In this document: piece by piece, positions 50,796-62,479 of the stretch | How positions within the stretch are numbered: position 1 is the first letter of the stretch | How the letters are laid out: each line of letters starts with the position of its first letter | Assembly (NCBI GenBank): GCA_010909165.1 | Contig: MU008183.1 | Span: 310,001 to 374,000 of the forward strand | Reading direction: 5' to 3' | DNA: 64,000 nucleotides | Origin: Anthoceros angustus | Lineage: Eukaryota > Plantae > Anthocerotophyta | Made by a program: the position numbers and the translations under genes | Notes under the pieces: generated by a model | What the model was told of the DNA's origin: nothing | The model's input: the letters and a program-made list of their open reading frames with translations, nothing else | Databases searched by the model: none

Positions 50796-51429
50796 TCCAC
50801 TCTATAAACTTTAGCTTTCTTTTGCTTGGATTTTTTTTATGGGTTCTTTTGCTCCATACCGATTCTTGCATAGCTTCACTTCGAACTGAGTTTTTCTAAA
50901 AAAACTAAAAATATTTAATCATAAATAAATATATTAATTCTTAAAAGATGTAAACGACAAAATGTACCATTCCATGGTATTGTGGAATCTGATTTGTCAG
51001 CTTCCAAAATATCCAAGTTACTGAATATTATCTTTATAAACCGTCTGGTGAATCCACTAGATATAAAGGGTTACCGCATGTTTCAACTATGAATCATGAG
51101 ATCTCATCTTTCATTTCCAAAATGCTTCGGTTACGTTTTGTTTTGTGGAGATGTTAGGTGCTCACGATATTCAGCCTATTGGTGCTTGTTTTATTTACTT
51201 TTTAAGGAGTTGGTGCATGAGGTTCACAAGACACTTTGATTCCATGGCTGAACGGGCTAGCATGCCATCAAAACCTACTATCTTGCATTACAATTGCATG
51301 ATTTTTCTTCAATTGGGCATCCAGGCCGTTTAGTTGTGGTAGGGAAGATGCAAATGGAGATGCTATTTGAGTATGTAGTATGTTTGAGTATGTAGAATAT
51401 TATCCTGTCCCGCACAATGTGATCTGTTC

Positions 51430-52035
51430 ATGTCCCCTTCAAGATTCAACATCTTGACATCAAGCAACGACTTGCTTTGTATGAAATAGTTCTCAATTAA
51501 CATTGTGTTGCAGTGGCTTGTAGCTATATGTAGCTAATTTGTTGTGCAGTGGAATTGCTTTCAAAACTAAGGCAACAATTGGTTTGAGCAGAAATCTGCC
51601 TTCATGTAAGAGGTGCGCAAGTTTCGGAGCTTTTTGTAGATTAAGTGTTTTTTGAGATCCCTATTTTGGGTATTGAGCTTTTTGAGTCTCTTTAGGCTCG
51701 GTTTCAATCACATTAAGACAGAAGGATTCGTAGCTATTGTAAGTTACTGCTCATTGTAGACAATATCCATTTAAGCAACGTACTTTGCGTTTCGTGATTG
51801 CTTTGTGCTTAACAATTCGTAACACGTTTCACGTGATGATACAAAATGTTGAAGTTGTGAGAAGATTGTAAAAATAGGATTTCACGTGTTGTAGCTCAGT
51901 CTATGGTCTCAGCATTAAAGCAAAGTGCAAATTGAAGATCCTTTGTCGAGAGGTATTCTTGCTTCATATAATATCACAAATAAACTAGACACCAGTCTTG
52001 ATAGTAAGACTGGAATAAAACAAGTTGTTGCACAT
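51430..52035 (+). pseudogene. Third, more decayed relic of the LRR exons
   Basis: Collinear with about 40900-41580 (caacatcttgacatca, gcaacaattggtttgagcagaa, ggtctcagcattaaagca). Confidence 0.8.
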
Positions 52036-52181
52036 GGCTGATGAGAGCTAGAGCCCTTCACATGGGAAATTCCTAAGCAATTCACTTGTCCTATTCACAT
52101 AAGAGTGTCGCAGTCAAAGCATGGTGGGCTCATAACCCACTATTGGATCGAAACCAGGTCATAATACTACAAGTTGAAAGC

Positions 52182-52283
52182 AACCATGCTTAATTCAAAG
52201 CTAGGAATATCATCCTCTCTTATATCTTGATATCTTTGATCAAAAGAGAGGATGATATTCCTAGCTTTGAATTAAGCATGGTT
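52182..52283. other. Perfect 40-bp inverted repeat with 22-nt loop
   Basis: aaccatgcttaattcaaagctaggaatatcatcctctctt (52182-52221) is the exact reverse complement of 52244-52283. Confidence 0.9.
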
Positions 52284-52589
52284 ATAAGAGAGGATGATAT
52301 CTTGATATATTTGATCAAAGCTAGGAATATGATACTTTGAATGGAGATAAAAATATATCTTAAAACATGAGTTCATTTTAAGTTAAAATAAATTAATAGA
52401 TAATTATTAATAATATAATAAGTTCATCTAAGTGACATATCATCCTTGTACATGTAAGTTTATTTTAAATAGAACTGAATTTGAATATAAGTTTTAATAA
52501 TGTAGACAGTGAGTACAACTCCAATGGAGTTTTTACTGTTTTAATTATTTTGATAGGGTAATTTTATTTTCTGATTTATAAAGAGTGCT

Positions 52590-52732
52590 ATATAAAGAGA
52601 CTTTATAACTTTATAAAATTTCACTATATAAAGAGACTTTATTTGTTTTCAAAGAACGTGGAGACTTTATAAATATGCAGAGATGAGAAGTCCCATCTAC
52701 ATCGGGACCATGAGAATAACCCTCTCGAGAAC
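52590..52732 (-). mobile_element. CRE-related 3'-end fragment with reiterated ATAAAGTCTC terminus
   Basis: Reverse complement of 52659-52732 matches 29281-29352; gagactttat occurs three times between 52597 and 52670. Confidence 0.6.
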
Positions 52733-53039
52733 TTTATTTATTTTTTGATAGAATATCCTTAGAGTTTAATGGTGTAAGATATAATACTATGTACGGATTA
52801 ATGGTATAGTTGTATACACTATATTTGGGGATGGATAATATAATTGTTTAATTTTTATTAGAAAGATTTTCATAATAGGGTGGTATGTTCCACCCTCCAT
52901 GAGGGCTCCAGAGTTAGGTGTATTGTGTTGTGTGATAGCACCTTGTATAGTGCCCACTTTGTAAGCTTTTGTTTTGTACAGGCTCATTATTCTAACAAGA
53001 CAGATTGTGTGCTATCACATGCTCGATGTGATTGATTGT

Positions 53040-53190
53040 TTCTTAACTGGCCAGTCTCTGTGTTAAATCTCAGTGATTGAGTGTTCCTTAATGGCTAAGT
53101 TGGTGTATTAAATCTTTGTGATTGAGTGTTCCTTAATGGCCAAGTCTATGTGTTAAATCTCTGTGATTGTGTGTTCCAATGTCTGCGTTA
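53040..53190. repeat. ~45-bp tandem repeat (3-4 units) upstream of gene X copy 2
   Basis: gtgttaaatct..gtgattgagtgttccttaatggc repeated; a single unit occurs upstream of copy 1 at about 44910-44960. Confidence 0.75.
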
Positions 53191-53238
53191 AATCTGGAGA
53201 GCTTTCAAGTGGGACTGAAAGCAGGCTATGGGAGCGAG

Positions 53239-54761
53239 ATGTCTGATATCATGAGAGCGAGTGACATCGCTTCCTGCCACCTAGCTGAAATCAGGTTACA
53301 TGAGCCACCGCTGGACGAGATAGCATTGAAAATTTTTGCGATAGAATATTTCTGTTGTCAAAGCGCTCTGGATTGCGTAGTGCGATCGAATGTTGAAGCC
53401 GAATATCCATCGGAAATGGACCTATTTGATATGATCGCTACACGAATGCGAAAACGACGACGTGATCCTAATGGGCCCAGCTTACGGGGGAGAGGGTAAG
53501 CTGTAATCCAGACCCATGCTTTGAATTGCTGCATGTTGTTCATGAATGTGATCGTCAGCAAATCAATGGCTAGATGGTCTGATTCACATGTACTCTAGGA
53601 TGCTAGGCTGCTTAGGCTTGCTATGTCGTACCAGACTTGAGTGAAGAGTCCCATGTCTGCAGGTGGAGAATTGTCTTGAAACGCATGAACAATGATGACT
53701 ACGAGAAATTTTGGTCCACAATAGCCTACATGGAATCGAAATGGCCAAGGAAGAGCGCAATTGTGAAGAAGCCTTTCGGTGATGACAATGTAAACGAGGA
53801 TGCGCACAGAGCGACTGGCGAAATTGCCCAGGAGCAGGATGCAGCTGTGGTATTCAAAGGCACCGTCGCGGAATCCTCTGGTGATGTAGTCAAGCAAGAT
53901 CGGGGCAAGCGTGCCCTTGGGCTCCAGCCTGCGAGTATGAATGTCAGATCCCAGCAGCCCAAAATTATGGGGGATGCAATCAGGGCAATAAGGCTGGAGC
54001 AGGGGCAATATCGGAGCAAGTGTGCTCTTGGGCCCCAGCTTGCGAGTATGACTATTAGATCTCAGCAGACCAAAATTATGGGGGATGCAATGAAGGGAAT
54101 AAGGCTAGAGCATGCACCTCGGCCTCTTCGGCGTGGAATTCGAGCTCACCAGTTGTCGAGGTTTGGGCAGTCAGAAATTGAGCTGATGGAGGATGATCCT
54201 GTACCACCGGTCGGAAATGTGGATAGATTTGGTCCCGAGTTGCCGAGGTTTGTGCAGTCCAAAATTGAGGCGGTGGAGGATGATCCTGTAGTACCACCCA
54301 TCAGGAATGCGGATAGATTTGGTTACGAGTTGCCGAGGTTTGGACAGCGCAAAATTGAGGCGCTGGAGGATGGTCATATATCACCTATCAGCAAGGTTAC
54401 AATTCAAGATTCAACTTTTTCGGATAGGGGCTATCATCCTTCTAGATCTCCCCCTGGGCCTACACATGACCGCATGGATGATTCTGCTGGGCGGTATGCA
54501 CCGTATCAGCGGAGGGCAAACCAACGCTCCCCGACCAAGGGACCGCTCCTTCGGAAGCTATTGGACGTTGCACTCTTCATATCAGGCACACCCAGAATTG
54601 TTCGAAGGACGATAGGTGCTTGCTACGGAGCGATGGCCGAAGACTTGGAAGCAAGGGTAATTCCATCCGGCACACATAATTGTGCGAAGGAAGACGAGTG
54701 CTTGTTATGGAGCCATGGCCCAAGACATAGGAGCAGGGTTGGATGGATGCGTCACACCTAG
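53239..54761 (+). CDS. Orphan gene X copy 2 (2 exons, 451 aa)
   Basis: Exon 1 53239-53495 (257 nt, same length and phase as copy 1) joins exon 2 53663-54761 in frame. Shares LAEIR, FAIEYFCC, LFxMIA, MxNxDY and the PRFGQSxIE repeats. Confidence 0.75.
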
Positions 54762-55183
54762 AAGTGTGCAAATGAAGATGGGTGCTTTCTACGGAGCTAT
54801 GGCAAGGGTGAATCGATGCGTCACGAATTAACCTCATAGGGACTAGTGACTAGTACCACATCCAATCAGAGCTGTCTCACTAAGAAGGCGCGGTGACTAG
54901 ATATCCTATTCGGTTTGCGAAAGCTTTCATGATAGAAATTCGCTTTGTGTCTCAAGACAGAAGTTGGCTTTGTGTCTCTAAGCTGACCATGAAAGGCTTC
55001 AACTTCAAGTATTGGGGCTTCAAAGTCTTAGATAATCCTTCAAGTTCAAGTTTCAGATAATCCTCAAAGGCATTCGTGAATAGCTATATGAAATTGAGCA
55101 TGTTTTCGATCCTTCTCTTGTGAAATAAAAATGGTGAACATACGGGATCCTTTTCTTATGTTATATGGCTAGTGTTGCAAACA

Positions 55184-55331
55184 CTACACGAGCTCAAATC
55201 TGGGTGGGTCCGTGCATTTATAGGAAGAGGAGGAGCAAGTAGTAGATACTAATCCTACACTAGCTCAAATTTCGGGTGGGTCCGTCCATTTACAGGAAGA
55301 GGAGGAGCCAGTAGTAGATACTAATCCTACA
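55184..55331. repeat. ~72-bp tandem duplication
   Basis: ctacacgagctcaaatc..gggtgggtccgt..ggaagaggaggagc.agtagtagatactaatc occurs twice. Confidence 0.85.
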
Positions 55332-55399
55332 TGAAGGATTAAACACAAAAAGCAAAATCGTTTTTTCTTCTTAAATACAAAGTATACTTCTCATTGGGT

Positions 55400-57802
55400 T
55401 TTAGCGGGCTTTGGCAGGGCCAACATGTTCCGGCCGGCCACAGGCTTTTAGGGTTTCTACTCAGGATCTCGAGAGCGAAGGTCTGCGTGGTGGGTTGTTA
55501 GGTGTTTTGGCGGGTTGCGACCCTTCTGGGCGGGGTCTTCGGCCAGCCTTTTGGGGCTCGGCATACGGAGCGTACACTCCGTATGTTTGGTAAATGCTAG
55601 GGATGCTTTGTCCTTGGCACTTGGTGCCCCCTCGACCCTGACACCCTCGGGGAGTCGTTCACATGTTGTTCCCTAAATCGTCCCGTTCTCGTTTGTTCCC
55701 GCCCCCTCCCCTATGGTGCGATCCACTCTTTCAGTGGCAGTCAATGATACCCCCTGTCCAGTCTGTACTCAGCTGTGCTGTGGGGTCAAGGAAGTAAAAT
55801 ATTTCATGTCACAAACACATGGACTTCGACCGAACCACCTGGGAGGCTCAAGTAAAGCTTGCTTCTTCTAGTGGGGCTATACATTTGGCTCCGAGTTTGA
55901 ATGTTGCCTTCGGCCCGGCTCCCGAGTCCTGGCAGTGGTTGCGAATGCAATTGGATCATCTGCTCACCCTATTCAAAGCGCGCTTTTCAGGACCCCGTCT
56001 TTTTCGGCATCTCCCAAGGTGACTGCGTGACGATGTTCGCTTTGCGTACCGGCTTCCTTTGGATCGCCTTGCGCTGGACCCTGGGGACGAGGCAGCTTGG
56101 ACTCTGTTCCTTTTTCTCCCCCGGTGGTGTCTTTGTCACTATAGGGGTGGCTCTTCCAGCCATAGGGAGCTGGCGTCTCGTCTCCGTTGGTTCCGGGCTG
56201 GGGACTTGGAAGCTCTTCAGAAGGAGGGGAGATTGTTTCTTCTAGGGACTTCACATCTTGGGGATCTCCGTGGGACCTCCGGCCTTTATTCAAGTTTTTG
56301 TGGATGAGACTTTGAAGGAGGACTTGGTGACCTATCTCTATTAGGGGACCCTTAGGTAGCATTTGGCATCCTTTCGTCTTGCTTCGTGCGTCAACTGGGT
56401 TACCTTACCAGGACGGTGACTCCCTCCTCAGCTTTTCTATTAAGCCTGCGGAATTTTGATGTACAGAATATGGAGGCACTTAGAGACATTATCGGGCCGG
56501 GGACCTTCGAGTGTGCCACAAGGAGCCTTGCACAGCAGCAGGCATCCCTTCCTATCGCTTTTGGGGACACAGGTCTGCTCGCCATGGAGGCCTCAGCGCC
56601 TGCGACCTTCCTTGGGAGGTGGGCCCTCTCTACCCCCATCTTCACCGCTCGTTTCTTATTTCGGGATGTTTCCATTGGAGAGGGGACCTTCCCTTTGCAC
56701 GCTTCCTTTAAGTTGGCCAGGGACTCCCTTTCCTTCGAGGCTAGGGCGGCCATGCCTCCCTTTTCCTCATTTTCCGTCGAAGGGCTATGTGGCTTCTAGG
56801 CCTTTCTCCAGGAGAAGCAATATAGGCAAGCGCAGCGGGCAATCCTTTTGGACTCTACTGTTTCCCGGCTTGTTCGTGCCCGCATCCACTCTTGCTTGAG
56901 GAAGGGAGCAAGCTCCTAGCTTATGGCTCGGCCTTGCATCCAGGCGTTCCGAATTGCATCAGCGTCTTTTTCTACTGCAATGAGGTTCCGCCTAGGTCTG
57001 GTCAAGCCTCTGATATGTTTTCTCTCAACTTGCAGCTGTGGAGCTCCCCTCGACTACTTAGGGTCCCACTTGGCTCGCTGTCCAATTGGAGGACAACGTA
57101 TCGCTATGCCTGATGCCATTCGCGACGTCATGTTCTCGATGGCCAAGGAGAGCGGTTCCATATAGCGAGCTTCCATATACCCTGCGCAATGAGGTGTCGC
57201 TTAGGGCGGATCTATTTCTAACCCAGGGGAACCAAATCTCTGTTGTGGATGTCGTCGTAACGGACCCTACCCAAAACTCCATTTGTGAGCATGTCATTAT
57301 CAACCTTCCAGACTGGGTGGTGGAGGGATGTGCGACTGTCATGGCCATCCCACAAGTACACACCTTTGCAGGATGGCCATGCCTTCATCCCCCTTGCCAT
57401 TGAGACTCACGGGGCTATGGGCAAGGATTTTTCGCGGCTCATTAAGGATTGTGCTAAAGCCTACCACAATCGTCAGAACGGGGTGGGTCTCCCTCTTTCC
57501 TCGGGGGTGGATTTATTTCGATAGCGGGTATCCATCACCCTACGGAGGGCGCTTGCCCACGCTATTTACAAGACGGCAACGAGCGCAGGAGACGTGGCGT
57601 CATCGACACCAGTTGTAAGTAGGCCTTACTCATCTGGGACCAATAGGTAGCTACAGGGCTGGCATTCGTGGGGGCTAGCCCCCCTAACTCTTTGCCCTTT
57701 AGTGTCCCCCCTCGGTTGGGGGTAGATGGGTTTTGCCCTTTAGTGTCCCCCCTCGGTTGGGGATAGATGGGTTTTTCCATCTGTTCTTTTTAATAAAGTC
57801 TC
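55400..57802 (+). mobile_element. Internally deleted CRE-type element (5' region joined to post-RT and RLE regions)
   Basis: 5' part homologous to 47640-48400; junction near 56355; then HLARCPIGG, DAIRDVMF, VDVVVTDP, FIPLAIETHGAMG; ends aataaagtctc. Confidence 0.85.
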
Positions 57803-57949
57803 TATTGGGAGAGGCAGATTCAAACCTAGCAGGCATGTAGTAGCAATATATATTGTTTGTAATAAATGTATATTTCTCTCGTCATCTCATTTTCGAAGTG
57901 GCCCCGTGGGGCTCTTACTCAAGAAACAGCCCCCGTAGGGTCCTTACAA

Positions 57950-58095
57950 CAGGCGGTCCCGCAGGGCTTTTTACAACATGCGGTCCCGCAGGGCTTTCTA
58001 CAACATGCGGTCCCGCAGGGCTTTCTGCAACATGCGGTCCCGGAGGGTTTTCTACAACTTGCGGTCCCGCAGGGTTTTTTACAACATGCGTTCCC
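57950..58095. repeat. 27-bp tandem repeat, about 5 units
   Basis: cggtcccgcagggctttctacaacatg variants; reads HVVESPAGP on the minus strand. Confidence 0.9.
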
Positions 58096-58499
58096 TTAGG
58101 GCATATATGGCACTCCATCCGAATATTGTTCCGTGTTCCCTCCGAAGGATGCTCGACTGTGGACGATGTCTCTTCTTCAAGGGAGGGTAGCATGCAAGAT
58201 TTGAAATAATCCACCCGCGGCCACTGTTGATGGTGTCTTGTGGATTCTAGCATTTTTAGTCCAACATCGGGCTTTTAGTTCAACATTGAGCTCAAGTTCA
58301 ACATCGGGATAGGATCCTAGATCTGAACGCTAAACAAACCTACAACCCTACGCCGCTGCGCTATACAGAAAATTGTGGCTGATAACAGGGCCCTAGCTGA
58401 CCTGCCCACATTCAGTATACTGGCCTTCCAAACTGACAGCCGAAACGCCTAGGCTGTGTAAAACTAGGATCAAAATTCTCGCTAGCAAGTCGCAAGTTG

Positions 58500-61400
58500 C
58501 TAACAATAGAACATCTTGTCGCTAATTGGTGCTACTGGCTGAGGAACTTCAGCAGCTCCTGGGCCCATGTAACACCGGGCTCTGAAGGCCAGATGATGGG
58601 CATAATATGCAGGCGGAACAATGGACACAGACCGGGTGCATCTGACATATGTTGAACACAAATTGTTCGTCAGGCTCTGCAGGGAATCGGAAGTGAATCC
58701 GTTGTCATCAAAGAGCACATGGTAGTGCGTGGGCCGGCTAGTTCCCTTCAATCCTGCATGACTGCACAGATAAAAATCAAACTCTGTTGGGTGACACACG
58801 CTGGTGTCCACAACAGTCCCCGCCTTGATATTCCCGGTCTTGTCGCAAAAATTAAAGTCTCCGCTGATAGGGAAGAACCGGGTATGGTGCCTCTTCTGGA
58901 CGACAACGAAGGTGATCTTCGGCTTGTAGTCTGATGCAAGGCTGTAGCAAGCCCTCTGAATGGCCGTTAATTCATGGCTCAAGACTTCCTGGAACTGGCC
59001 TTCACTCACACCATCCCTGTAGAACAGAATCCGTCCTGGCTTCACCCTGGCCCGGCCGTAGAAGGAGAGTAACAGCGTCCTTACCATGGTCTGAAGATTA
59101 TTGATCCTCTCCACGCGGCCCGTCTGGGAACTGATCAGGCCGGCATAGGAAGAAACATGCGGCCAATCCTGAGAAGCGACCACAGCAGCGATGGATACTG
59201 CGTCTTCTCCTGGGCTGGGATGAGTCACATCGGCTCCGAAGATGATGGTTGGAGTGTTGCCTAAAGTTGGAAGGCTGGATTTCAGGGCTTGGTCCAGCAC
59301 AGTGTTCCGTCCACCCATCTTCACATTGATCTTCATGGCAACATTGGCCATATACTGGTCCTTCCCCATTTGGACATGCTTGGCGTTGCAGCATTGAGAC
59401 ATTACGCCAATCTCTGTCTCGCAGATCCTCTTCAATTCTCCATACCAGTCATACCTGATGTTGGGCAGCGCCACAAGCAGCAAATCCAGCTCAGGATGGT
59501 TTTTCAAAAACTGTCTCAATTCAGGTGCCCTCGAAGACAAACCCGCAACAGGGGCCACGGGACTGGGGTTGAACTGCATTCCCAGACTGGTGCACTTTCG
59601 GGCGAGGCCTTCGAAAAACCACGAGGCAGCCTCGTTGGAGAGGTTATCTGCGAAATTGACGGCAGCCCACTTCTTAACGGTGCCCCCCAAATGGAATTGG
59701 ATCCTGCCCACCATATTCCAAGCACCGTTCACAGGCCGAACAGGGGGAGCTCCGCCGTACACCAACGTGGGCGGCGGCAAAAGCCTGGCATCCACAGTCA
59801 CAATCTTGTCACTAACCTGCATCCCAAACTCACAAGCATACGAATCTTTCACATACTGGTTGCGTTCAACAATCTGGAGAATATCTCTTTCCCTCTCAGC
59901 AGGACTTTGCGATGTCATGCCAAGCAGACCAGTCCTGGCTCTCTCCCCAAGCATTCTCCCCGGGTATCGCTGCCCTGGCAAAATCCTACACACTTCCATG
60001 GGCAGATAATTCGGTTTGGACGCTGATCCCACATCCAGGCACGGCAGCCGAGTCCACTTCAGCTCCTTACGATACGTGTGCTTGAAATACTGCACCACGC
60101 TAATCTGCTGTCCACTTGAATCGGCAAAAGTAAGCTGGGCAGTCGGCCTGTCAGTCAGCTTAAACACCCGGTACTTCCTCCTCATGGTCCCCCGATGAGT
60201 CACCTCCACCTTCACTCCCCGCAGCAATCTCCCAACTTCCCTGCACTGCGGGTCAGTAAGCCCGGTCCTCTCGTTCAAGCCCCTGTACCGCTCCTGAAGG
60301 AAAGCAATCACCTCCAGCTCTCCCAGCAGAGCAGTTGCTGAAACATTGACATTCAACGACAATCCCATCTGCACAGGGCGCACACTCTGGAAAAACCCTC
60401 TCCACCCCACCAGCCCATCGCCCAGACTGGCGATCCTCCCGAGATCCGGAGAGTAAAACGAGCGACCAATTGCACTGTACCTCAAACTAGGCCGCTCCCG
60501 CAACACAATGTCCAGCACCTGGATCACGTCTTGCGGCAAATCGGAAGTCTTGCCCTCACGAAACAGACGCCATTGCGCGACATCCACCGTCCTCGTGAAC
60601 TTGATGGTGATGTTAAACTTCCTCTCCTTCCTCGGCTTCGCATCCGCCGCACTCACCTCCCTCCCACTCTCCTCCTCGGGGGTCACAACAAACGTCTTGC
60701 TTTCAAACGGCAACTTCCCAGCCGAATACAGACTACTCCTCCCATCATACACAGGCATCCTCCCTCCAAATTCCCCGCCATACAATTCCAGCACCCGGGC
60801 AATTAACATCCGGTTCAAAGACCGGGACACAACCTCCGGCGTGATAATCACATGGTAGTGCTGCGGCGACTGGTCCTCCCGCACCTTCACCAGGAAATGA
60901 TTGGCCTTCACCTTGAACGGAGTTCCAGCTCGCCCATACCCAGGCCGGGTCGGGTACCTCATGATCTTCTTGGCCGCCGGCACCACGTCCATCTGCAATC
61001 CCGCCATTCCTCCACCACTTCCGCCAGACCCGCCTCCTGCACCGCCTGCAGCGCTCCGGAAGCAGCACCGCCACCTCCTGCCACCGCCACTTGAACGCCC
61101 TGCCCGCTCCCGGGTGAGGAGCACTCACACTCACACCCACGCCAGGCTGGGGCTGGGGCTGGGGCTGGGCCTGGGGCTGGGGCTGGGCCTGGGGCCGGGC
61201 CTGGGGCTGGGGCTGGGCCTGGGGCTGGGGCTGGGCCTGGGGCTGGGCCTGGGGCTGGGCCTGGGGCTGGGCCTGGGGCTGGGCCTGGGGCTGGGCCTGG
61301 GGCTGGGGCTGGCGATAGCCTCCTCCTCCTCTCCCCCGCCCCGCACCCCGGGCCATGCCGGGCACACTTCCGCCAACCTCGGATCTTAAACCGGCCCGCC

Positions 61401-61542
61401 CTTGCGCAGGCCCACCGCCAGACCCTCTCCCCACGGGCCCTGCTTCTGTTCCTGCAGGAACAGAAGGAGGACGCTGAGGCAGGGAAGAAGGCGGCTCTTG
61501 CCCTTCATCGCCCCCGGCCTTCTTCGTGCGTTTCCTCGGCAT
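58500..61542 (-). CDS. AGO: Intronless Argonaute, AGO1/5/10-clade-like, slicer tetrad intact; apparent 1-bp deletions in the GC-rich N-terminal extension
   Basis: Continuous 874-aa ORF with N, L1, PAZ (NYLPMEVC), MID and PIWI (GADVTHP, RVERI, YRDGVSEGQ, YYAH, MFYC). The N-terminal RG-rich and Gln/Pro extension starts at ATG 61542 in another frame. Confidence 0.95.
61143..61313 (-). repeat. Hexamer repeat (CAGCCC/CAGGCC) encoding a QPQA tract in the Argonaute N-terminus
   Basis: Direct reading: ctggggctgggc/ctgggc repeats on the + strand. Confidence 0.9.
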
Positions 61543-62479
61543 GATGGCTGCGAGAACAAATCAAACACGAAGAGAATTGATCTGAATCACTCTGAAGGGA
61601 GCCAGCAATCCAACTTATACAAGCCGGATCCTTCACGCCCCAACTCCAGGCACCAAGACGCCAACAACCGCAACAGCAGCCGCGTGAAGAGCCGAAGCGC
61701 AAGAAACACCGGGAAGTCCAGGTTTTGGCAGGGGAGACGAGTCGTGATTCGTGAGACGACTCGTGAACCGTGAAACGTGAAACGTGAAGCGCATTAAACC
61801 GGAGGCGGGAAGCCGGGTCAGGTCACATCAGGTTTGCCGCAGACATTTCGTCTCATAATTGCAGCGTGGATGATGACTTGGAGCGCGTTAGGTACCAACT
61901 CGCATCAAAGCCAATCGTCGTTTGGCCTCTTCAATCCCCGACTCCACGGTGTAGGTACTCTGGTCGGCTAAGATAATTTTTCCTTCACGCTCCGCCCCCA
62001 AAATTCATTACGGTAATTTTTCCTTCACGCTCCACGCTCCCGACCCCGGTGCTTTAAGCTGCCTAATTAGGTGTGTTCACGCTGTGGCGACAGGTGCCAA
62101 CTGCCGCCAGTCCCAGCAACTCCCAGCGCGCGCGCTTCGGTGGGAACGTATCTTTTGATTAGTCGAGTCGTGATAACGATTCGGTTTGATGTACAGTAGT
62201 GGCAGCAGGTGGCACGGCGGGGGCTGACAGTTTGGCCTCGGCATTTTCAACCATAAATGCGGGAGATCCTTCGAAAGCCTGACATCCCCGATCCCGCCGC
62301 CAACGAATTCATATGCATAAGACGCGGGCTCCGTTGGGACGGGACACGGGACTCAGGAGCAGGGAACGGGATCCTACTCTTATGTGCGTGGGGACGGGGA
62401 ACGGGGCAGCTGCCGTTCCGTGGGCCGCGGAGCGTTATCTGTTAGCTAACGGGTTTCCAACGGGAGCTGTTTCTTGGGC

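Noticed and set aside
58250-58500. Poly(A) or TSD scar proving retroposition of the Argonaute
   Set aside because: No A-tract or flanking direct repeat found downstream of the stop.
60901-61389. Poly-GL and poly-PS ORFs
   Set aside because: Other frames of the Argonaute QPQA hexamer repeat.
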